64,000 nt of DNA from Acidimicrobiales bacterium (GTDB lineage: Bacteria; Actinomycetota; Acidimicrobiia; Acidimicrobiales; Bin134), in assembly GCA_963663255.1 (NCBI GenBank), contig OY760141.1:2184208-2248207 (forward strand). The letters are read 5' to 3'. The notes under the pieces are model-generated. The model ran no database searches and was not told the DNA's origin. It was given only the letters and a program-made list of their open reading frames with translations. The translations under genes were made by a program, and so were the position numbers. Below, piece after piece: positions 57,971-64,000 of this stretch (its first letter is position 1; every line of letters starts with the position of its first letter).

Positions 57971-58942
57971 ATGCGCATCGGCATCTACCTGGACTTGCGG
58001 AACCCGCCGGAATGGAAAAAGCCCTGGCCCGATTTCTACCGACAGTCGCTGGAGCTGGCCGTCCAAGCCGAGGAGTGGGGGGCCGACTCGGTGTGGCTCA
58101 GCGAGCACCACTTCTTCGAGGACGGCTATCTGCCCCAGCCGCTCACCTTCGCCGCCGCGGTTGCCGCACGAACCGATCGCGTCAGAATCGGCACCGCAGT
58201 GCTGCTGGCCCCGCTGCGCCTCGCCCCGCAAATTGCCGAAGAGGCCGCGGTGGCCGACCAGATCAGCAACGGTCGGATCGACCTCGGGCTGGGCGCGGGC
58301 TACGTATCCGACGAATTCGCCGCCTACGGGGCCGACCTGTCCAAGCGCTACACCATCACCGACCAGCGGGTACGGGAGGTCCGGGAACTGCTCGATGGTG
58401 GTGTGGTCACCCCTCCGGCGGTACAGAATCCCTTCCCCATCTGGCTGGGATACAACGGCCCCCAGGGCGCCCGCCGAGCCGGTCGGCTGGGCTGCGGTCT
58501 GCTGTCCATCAACCCGGCCTCGCTGGAGCCCTATACCGAGGGCTTGGCCGAGGCAGGCCACGATCCGGGCATGGCCAGAATGGCCGGGGTGGTGAGCATG
58601 GTGGTGGCCGACGATCCCGACGAGGCCTACGAGCGCATCCTGCCCCACTTGGCATGGCAGCTAAACACCTACCGGGCCGCGGGGGCGTCGGGCACCGGCA
58701 AGACCCCCAGCCCGCTCACGGTGGAGAAGCTGCGGGAGCGGCGCAGCACCATGGGGGTCATCTCCCCGATGGAGGTGCTCACCCCCGATGATGCCATCGA
58801 GCATCTGCGCGGCCTGTCCGAGGGCATCCCCATGGTGGAGGCCTACTGCTGGGCCAGCATCGCCGGCATGCCCGACGACTTGGCCCACCGCCACGCCGAG
58901 TTGCTGTGCACCGTCGTTCGCGAAGGAGTCGCCGACTTATGA
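57971..58942 (+). CDS. LLM-class flavin/F420-dependent oxidoreductase
   Basis: N-terminus MRIGIYLDL..., with WLSEHHF and GRIDLGLGAGY luciferase-like motifs. Confidence 0.8.
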   Translation: MRIGIYLDLRNPPEWKKPWPDFYRQSLELAVQAEEWGADSVWLSEHHFFEDGYLPQPLTFAAAVAARTDRVRIGTAVLLAPLRLAPQIAEEAAVADQISNGRIDLGLGAGYVSDEFAAYGADLSKRYTITDQRVREVRELLDGGVVTPPAVQNPFPIWLGYNGPQGARRAGRLGCGLLSINPASLEPYTEGLAEAGHDPGMARMAGVVSMVVADDPDEAYERILPHLAWQLNTYRAAGASGTGKTPSPLTVEKLRERRSTMGVISPMEVLTPDDAIEHLRGLSEGIPMVEAYCWASIAGMPDDLAHRHAELLCTVVREGVADL

Positions 58943-59769
58943 GCATCCAGTCTGAGAGCTTGCCCCTTGCCGGAATGACTGCCCTGGTTACCGGGGGTGC
59001 GGGCGGCATCGGCCGGTCCACGGCCCGGTTGCTGGTGGGCGACGGCGCCCATGTGGTGATCGCCAGCCGCAGTTCGGGCCACCTCCAAGAGACGGCTGAC
59101 GAACAGTCCCCGCTGGCGGCCGAGACCGGCGGCTCCATCCGCTGGACCACCTGCGACGCCACCGACAGCGACCAGGTGCTGGCCGCGGTGGCCATGGCGG
59201 CCGAGCCCACCGGGCGGCTGGATATGGCGGTATCGGTCCCTGGAGGGGGCGCAATGGCCGCAGTGCTCGACTACGAGCCAGAGCAGGTCGCCGAAATCGT
59301 CAGCTTCAACGTGGTGGCCCCCTTCATCATGATCAAACACGCCGGACAGCACATGGCCGACGCGGGGGGCGGGTCCATCGTGGCGGTGTCGTCCACCGCG
59401 GCCATCCAATCTTGCCGCTTCCTGGCCGCCTACTGCGCGGGCAAGGCCGGGGTGGACGCCCTGGTGAGAGTAGCCGCCGACGAGCTGGGCGCTCTCGGGG
59501 TACGGGTCAACGCAGTTCGGCCGGGGCTGACCGCCACCGATACCACCCAAGGTCTGGTGAACAACGACTCGGTGGTGGCCCAGTATCTCGACCAGCAGCC
59601 CCTCCAGCGCATCGGCCGCCCCAACGACATCGCCGAGGCCATCCGCTTTCTCGCTGGCCCTGAGTCGAGCTTCACCACCGGCCAGTTCATCACCGTGGAC
59701 GGCGGCCACACACTGCGGTCGTTCGTGGACTTCACCGATGTGGTGGCTTCCCGCGCCGCCCCGGAATAG
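58939..59769 (+). CDS. SDR family oxidoreductase
   Basis: ATGA overlap with the upstream gene. Motifs TALVTGGAGGIG, YCAGKAGV and PGLTATD are present. Confidence 0.85.
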   Translation: MSIQSESLPLAGMTALVTGGAGGIGRSTARLLVGDGAHVVIASRSSGHLQETADEQSPLAAETGGSIRWTTCDATDSDQVLAAVAMAAEPTGRLDMAVSVPGGGAMAAVLDYEPEQVAEIVSFNVVAPFIMIKHAGQHMADAGGGSIVAVSSTAAIQSCRFLAAYCAGKAGVDALVRVAADELGALGVRVNAVRPGLTATDTTQGLVNNDSVVAQYLDQQPLQRIGRPNDIAEAIRFLAGPESSFTTGQFITVDGGHTLRSFVDFTDVVASRAAPE

Positions 59770-59793
59770 CCCCCTGGAATTCCCGACACACCA

Positions 59794-61404
59794 CTAGAGG
59801 CGCAGTCCCCCATAGCTGATATCGGTTAGGTGGGCCATCTCCCGGTCGAAGGTGGTCAGATCGTCGGCGCAGAACTCCCGCAGATGGGTGTGCCCGCAAG
59901 CCCGGGCCAGCACGCTCATCAGCTCTACAGATGCGCAGAAGAAATTGTGCAACCGTCCTGCGGCCTCCTCCACTGGGAGGCGGGCCCGCAGCTCAGGACG
60001 TTGGGTGGCGATGCCCACCGGGCAGTTGTTGGAGGCGCAGGCCCGCATGCCCAGACAGCCGATGGCCTGCATGGCTGCATTTGAAACCGCCACTGCATCG
60101 GCCCCCAGAGCCAACGCCTTGGCGAAATCGGGGGGCGTCCGCAAACCGCCGGTCACGATCAGAGTCACGTCCCGCCGGCCTCGGGCGTCGAGATGGTGGC
60201 GAGCTCGGGCCAGCGCGGGAATCGTGGGCACCGAGATGTGGTCCCGAAAGATCACCGGGGCGGCCCCGGTGCCCCCACCCCGGCCGTCGAGGATGATGTA
60301 GTCCACCCCCACCCGCAGGGCGGCGTCGATGTCGTCCTCGATGTGCTGGGCTGACATCTTCACCCCGATCGGGATCCCACCGGAGGCCTCCCGCACTCTG
60401 TAGGCGAACCGACGGTAGTCGTCCTCATTCACGAGATCGACGAACGTGGACGGCGAGATGGCCGGGGTTCCCGGCTCGAGGCCCCTCACCTCGGCGATCC
60501 GACCCTGCACCTTGATGCCGGGCAGGTGCCCTCCGGTGCCGGTCTTGGCCCCTTGGCCCAGCTTGAAGTGGAAGGCCTGAGATGACGCCGCTTTGTCCAG
60601 CGACCAACCGAACATGCCGCTGGCCATCTCGTAGAAGTAGCGGGTGCTCTCCGCCTTCTCCTCCTCAAGCATGCCGCCTTCCCCCGAGCAGATGCCGGTG
60701 CCGGACCGCTCCGCGCCCCGGGCCAGGGCTACTTTGGCCTCCTGGGACAGCGCCCCGAAGCTCATATCGCTCACCAGAAGGGGGATCTCCAGGCGCAGCG
60801 GACTCTCGGCGTTGGGGCCGATATCCACCTCGGTCTCTACTGGTACGTCTTCGAGTTGAGGCCTTCGGGCCAACTGGGCGGTGACGAATTGAATGTGGTC
60901 CCAACTGGGAAGCTGCTCGCGGGGCACGCCCATCGACACCACCGGCCCGTGATGGCCCACATACTTCAGGCCTTCGTCGGCCAGCTGCCGGATCAGCCCT
61001 ACATGGGGCTCTGCGGCGTCCCCGTGGGGGTCGGCGTAGGCCCCCTGGTAGGCCGCCCGGTCAAAGGGCTGGGGATGCTCCTTCTCCCAGGCCAAGATCT
61101 CGTCGAGGTCCACCAGCAGATCGCCGCCGTCCACCCAGGAGGCGAACCGGGCCAACCGCTCGGAGTTGTCGTAGCTGGACACTCCGGTTTGAAAGACGTA
61201 GTCCCAGCCGTGCAGACCGCAAATGATGTTGTCGCCCTCGATGCGCCCGTCGCGCATCATCGCACCCCGGTGCAGGCAGCGCCCGTAGAGCACCGAATGG
61301 TTGTCGTCGAAGCGCACGATCACCAGGTCGACGTTGCTCACCAGAGCCCCCACTGGCTCCCGATCGGGCACCTCGCTCCATGTGGCGATCTTGAACGGCT
61401 GCAT
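59794..61404 (-). CDS. Rieske [2Fe-2S] domain fused to an FMN-binding glutamate-synthase-like (GltS domain 2 family) protein
   Basis: The N-terminus carries CLHRG...CGLHGW (the CxH...CxxH Rieske ligands). The C-terminal ~430 aa carry a GltB-FMN-type TIM barrel (GEGGMLEEE, KLGQGAKTGTGGHLPG, DYIILDGRGGGTGAAP). Confidence 0.8.
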   Translation of the reverse strand: MQPFKIATWSEVPDREPVGALVSNVDLVIVRFDDNHSVLYGRCLHRGAMMRDGRIEGDNIICGLHGWDYVFQTGVSSYDNSERLARFASWVDGGDLLVDLDEILAWEKEHPQPFDRAAYQGAYADPHGDAAEPHVGLIRQLADEGLKYVGHHGPVVSMGVPREQLPSWDHIQFVTAQLARRPQLEDVPVETEVDIGPNAESPLRLEIPLLVSDMSFGALSQEAKVALARGAERSGTGICSGEGGMLEEEKAESTRYFYEMASGMFGWSLDKAASSQAFHFKLGQGAKTGTGGHLPGIKVQGRIAEVRGLEPGTPAISPSTFVDLVNEDDYRRFAYRVREASGGIPIGVKMSAQHIEDDIDAALRVGVDYIILDGRGGGTGAAPVIFRDHISVPTIPALARARHHLDARGRRDVTLIVTGGLRTPPDFAKALALGADAVAVSNAAMQAIGCLGMRACASNNCPVGIATQRPELRARLPVEEAAGRLHNFFCASVELMSVLARACGHTHLREFCADDLTTFDREMAHLTDISYGGLRL

Positions 61405-61497
61405 CAGAGGTCACCTCCGCTTTTTCAGGCTATCCATACCAGTGGCTGATCCAACCGCCAGCCTGCCCACGTTCGATGGGGATTTTCCGGCAGACTC

Positions 61498-62364
61498 ATG
61501 GTGATGAGCAGGCTGTCGATTCACCGGAAATCGACCACAGTCCTGGTGGCCGTGGTGGCCGCGGTCGCGGTGTTGGCCACCGCTTGTGTAATAGATGACG
61601 CGGACACTCCGGGAGACCAGTTCACGTCCATTTCCGCCGGGGAGGACCACAACTGCGGCATCACAACCAACAGCACCGTCTGGTGCTGGGGCGACAACTG
61701 GACCAATGCCGGTTGGGCCTATGTCCCCAAGGGTACTTTCACTGCCATCTCCGCCGGATCGGGCTATTCGTGCGGCATCCGCGACGACGGCACCGCCGAC
61801 TGCTGGGGCGACAACTACGAAGTGCGCAGTCTTCCTCCCCAGGGCCGCTTTACCGCCATCTCCGTTGGAGGATTGCGGTCGTGTGGCATCCGTGAAGACA
61901 GCACCGTCACATGTTGGCCCAATATCAAGGGCCGCGCAGTTGTGCCAGCCATTCGGCAGGTTCCATACACCGATTTTTCCGCCGGTTGGGGCGACAACTC
62001 TTGCGGTGTCCGAGACACCGGCAGAGTGGAGTGCTGGGGCGACTACGGATGGCCTGATCCTCCTGAGAGCCGGTTCACCGCCGTCTCCGTCGGCCTCTCC
62101 CATGCCTGCGGGATTCTCGACGATGGCAGAGTGGAGTGCTGGGGCGACAACGCCGGCGGCCGGGCCGAGCCTCCGGGCGACCGGTTTATCGCCATCTCTG
62201 CCGGCTGGGAGCACACCTGCGGCCTGCGCGACGACGGCACTCCCCGGTGCTGGGGCGCTGGTGGAGCGGCCGTTCCGCCGATTAGGCGATTCATTGCCAT
62301 TTCGTCGGGCGCCGACCACTCGTGCGGGCTGCGCGACAACAACGACATCGACTGCTGGGACTGA
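61498..62364 (+). CDS. RCC1-like repeat (beta-propeller) lipoprotein
   Basis: Signal peptide plus VLATAC. About seven repeats of F(T/I)AIS(A/V)G..H.CG(I/L)RDDG...CWG(D)N. Confidence 0.75.
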   Translation: MVMSRLSIHRKSTTVLVAVVAAVAVLATACVIDDADTPGDQFTSISAGEDHNCGITTNSTVWCWGDNWTNAGWAYVPKGTFTAISAGSGYSCGIRDDGTADCWGDNYEVRSLPPQGRFTAISVGGLRSCGIREDSTVTCWPNIKGRAVVPAIRQVPYTDFSAGWGDNSCGVRDTGRVECWGDYGWPDPPESRFTAVSVGLSHACGILDDGRVECWGDNAGGRAEPPGDRFIAISAGWEHTCGLRDDGTPRCWGAGGAAVPPIRRFIAISSGADHSCGLRDNNDIDCWD

Positions 62365-62410
62365 GTTGCGCTGGCTGTTGACCGATTGCTGACCACTAGG
62401 CTCCCGGCCC

Positions 62411-63352
62411 ATGCGAGCAGTAGGCGTTATCGAGTACGGCGGGCCAGAAGCGCTGGAAGTGGTGGAGCTCCCCACTCCAGAGGCTGGTCCCGGCAAGGTG
62501 AGGATTCGGGTGCGGGCCACCGCAGTCAGCCCCACCGACACCATTGCGCGTTCGGGTCTTCGGGCCGCTGACCAGGCCAAGACCGGCCCGCCGCCCTACG
62601 TGCCCGGAATGGACGTTGCCGGGGTGCTGGACCAGATCGGAGAGGACACCGAGGCCGACCTGCAAGTGGGCGATCATGTCATGGCCATCGTGCTGCCCCG
62701 GGGTTCCCACGGGGCCTACTCAGAATATGTGGTGCTGCCGGCCGAATCGGTGGCCCGGATGCCGGAGGGATCGTCGTTCGCCGAGGCCAGCACCCTGCCC
62801 ATGAACGGCCTCACCGCCCGGCTGAGCCTGGACCAGCTCGCCCTCAAGCCGGGACAGACCCTGGCTGTCACCGGGGCGGCGGGGTGCTATGGCGGCTACA
62901 TGGTGGAGCTGGCCAAAGCCGACGGCCTGCGGGTGATCGCCGATTCTTCCGAAGCCGACGAGGAGCTGGTGGCCTCGTTCGGGGCCGATGTGATCGTGCG
63001 CCGGGGCGACGACGTGGCCGACCGCATCCGGCAGCATGCCCCCGACGGCGTGGACGGCTTGGCCGACGGGTCGGTGCAAATGGAGCTGCTGGTGGCCGCA
63101 GTGCGCGACGGCGGAGGCTTCGCCTCGGTGCGAGGATGGCCGGGCAACCGCGAACGGGGCATCCAATTCCACGTCACCTGGGTGTTCGACTACTTCAAAG
63201 AGCAGGCAAAGCTTGACCGCTTGCGCCAACAGGCCGAAGACGGCCAGGTATCGCTGCGAGTGGCTGGCACCGTCCCCATGGAGAACGCTTCGGAGGCCCA
63301 CGCCCGATTGGAGGCCGGCGGCACCCGAGGCCGGTGGGTCATCGAGTTCTAG
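62411..63352 (+). CDS. NADPH:quinone oxidoreductase / zinc-type alcohol dehydrogenase superfamily protein
   Basis: MRAVGVIEYGGPEALEVVELPTPEAGPGKVRIRV, and the cofactor site VTGAAGCYGGYMVELAK. Confidence 0.85.
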   Translation: MRAVGVIEYGGPEALEVVELPTPEAGPGKVRIRVRATAVSPTDTIARSGLRAADQAKTGPPPYVPGMDVAGVLDQIGEDTEADLQVGDHVMAIVLPRGSHGAYSEYVVLPAESVARMPEGSSFAEASTLPMNGLTARLSLDQLALKPGQTLAVTGAAGCYGGYMVELAKADGLRVIADSSEADEELVASFGADVIVRRGDDVADRIRQHAPDGVDGLADGSVQMELLVAAVRDGGGFASVRGWPGNRERGIQFHVTWVFDYFKEQAKLDRLRQQAEDGQVSLRVAGTVPMENASEAHARLEAGGTRGRWVIEF

Positions 63353-63373
63353 CTGCCCCTTTGGAGGCAGCGC

Positions 63374-63844
63374 CTAGCTCAGCGCTTTGATATCGGCGAT
63401 GATCTCGGCGGCGTGCTGGGCCAGATCTTGGCCCTCTAGGTCGTAGGCCTTGGCCACCGTGCCGTCGGGAGAGATCAGGTAGCTGATCCGACGGGGCAGG
63501 CCGTGCTCGAAGTAGGGCTCGCCTTCGGCCCGCTCGGCGTCATAGGCCCGCCCGACGGTCCGGTCGGGATCGGAGATCAGCTTGAACGGGAAGCTCTCGC
63601 CGTCCACAAAGCCCTTCTGCTCCTCCACGGTGTCAAACGACGCCCCCACCACAACTGCGTCGAGGGCCTCAAATTCGGAGATTCGATCACGGAATCCCTG
63701 TCCTTGGATGGTTCAACCTCGGGTGGACGCCTTCGGGTACCACCAGAACGCCACCCAGTTGCCCCGCAGATCGGCCAAAGCCAGATCGTTGCCGTCCTGG
63801 TCGGGGGCAGTGAAGTCCGGGGCCTTCATACCTTCGTTCAACAT
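63374..63844 (-). CDS. bcp: selenocysteine-containing peroxiredoxin (Bcp/PrxQ type), TGA at 63715..63713 read as Sec
   Basis: Tracked ORFs 63713..63898 and 63374..63652 share a frame. The read-through sequence WWYPKASTRG-U-TIQGQGFRD aligns with the Bcp active site FYPKAMTPG-C-TVQACGLRD. The total of 156 aa is a normal Bcp length. Start MLNEGMKAPDF at 63844. Confidence 0.8.
63678..63698 (-). promoter_or_regulatory. candidate SECIS-like hairpin downstream of TGA 63715..63713
   Basis: RNA GGGAUUC-CGUGAUC-GAAUCUC. It has a 7-bp stem with one G-U pair and a 7-nt loop containing GU, and begins 14 nt after the UGA. Folded by eye only. Confidence 0.45.
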
Positions 63845-63936
63845 GGGTGGTGACCCTAGTACCGGCGGTTTGAGACAGAGCAGTTGGAAGCGCCCCACTG
63901 CAAAGTGTGAAGGCCTGTGAACTTAGGATGCTCGCC

Positions 63937-64000
63937 ATGAAGCGATTCGAAGGCAAGAACGCCATCGTCACCGGAGCCAGCCGGGGCATCGGCAAGGGCA
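63937..64000 (+). CDS. SDR family oxidoreductase, N-terminal fragment (continues beyond the window)
   Basis: The ATG at 63937 gives MKRFEGKNAIVTGASRGIGKG, the TGxxxGxG cofactor motif. Confidence 0.7.
   Translation, partial: MKRFEGKNAIVTGASRGIGKG

Overview
Dense, high-GC chromosomal segment of actinobacterial type: InhA-type FabI, many F420/LLM-class enzymes, and a CNNM-CBS gene pair. An Acidimicrobiia-like origin is only my guess. I call about 62 protein genes. I found no rRNA, tRNA, CRISPR array, transposase or integrase. Gene content includes a MarR regulator with a heterodimeric ABC exporter, and a small island of atypical codon usage (repeat-bearing membrane protein plus an orphan beta-class DNA methyltransferase). 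There is an organosulfur-scavenging block (NitT/TauT-type ABC importer with a tandem-duplicated binding protein, three Cys-type sulfatases) and a TauD-type dioxygenase elsewhere. The rest is a long run of catabolic redox genes (crotonases, SDRs, LLM oxidoreductases, amidohydrolases, P450, BVMO, cupins, SnoaL-like proteins, a KstD-like flavoprotein), an ECF sigma unit, GlnRS, a P-type ATPase and a Rieske-GltS fusion. The main hunt result is that three genes only make sense if an in-frame TGA is read as selenocysteine. Two are divergent U-G-S-C-motif proteins (25733..26266 minus; 48946..49494 plus). Each lies next to a divergent paralogue of an uncharacterised ~345-aa protein (24686..25732; 47887..48924), with the gene order permuted between loci. 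This makes the pair a candidate two-component Sec-dependent redox module of unknown function. The third is a Bcp/PrxQ peroxiredoxin (63374..63844 minus) whose TGA sits exactly at the peroxidatic-Cys position. Each TGA is followed 10-14 nt later by a hairpin that could act as a SECIS element. Other notable items: a ~130-bp structured intergenic repeat present twice at convergent gene ends; three near-perfect in-frame tandem repeat arrays in exported or membrane proteins; tandem arylsulfatase paralogues; and a GlnRS gene in a lineage type that usually lacks it. All functional calls rest on motif recognition by eye; no database search was possible.
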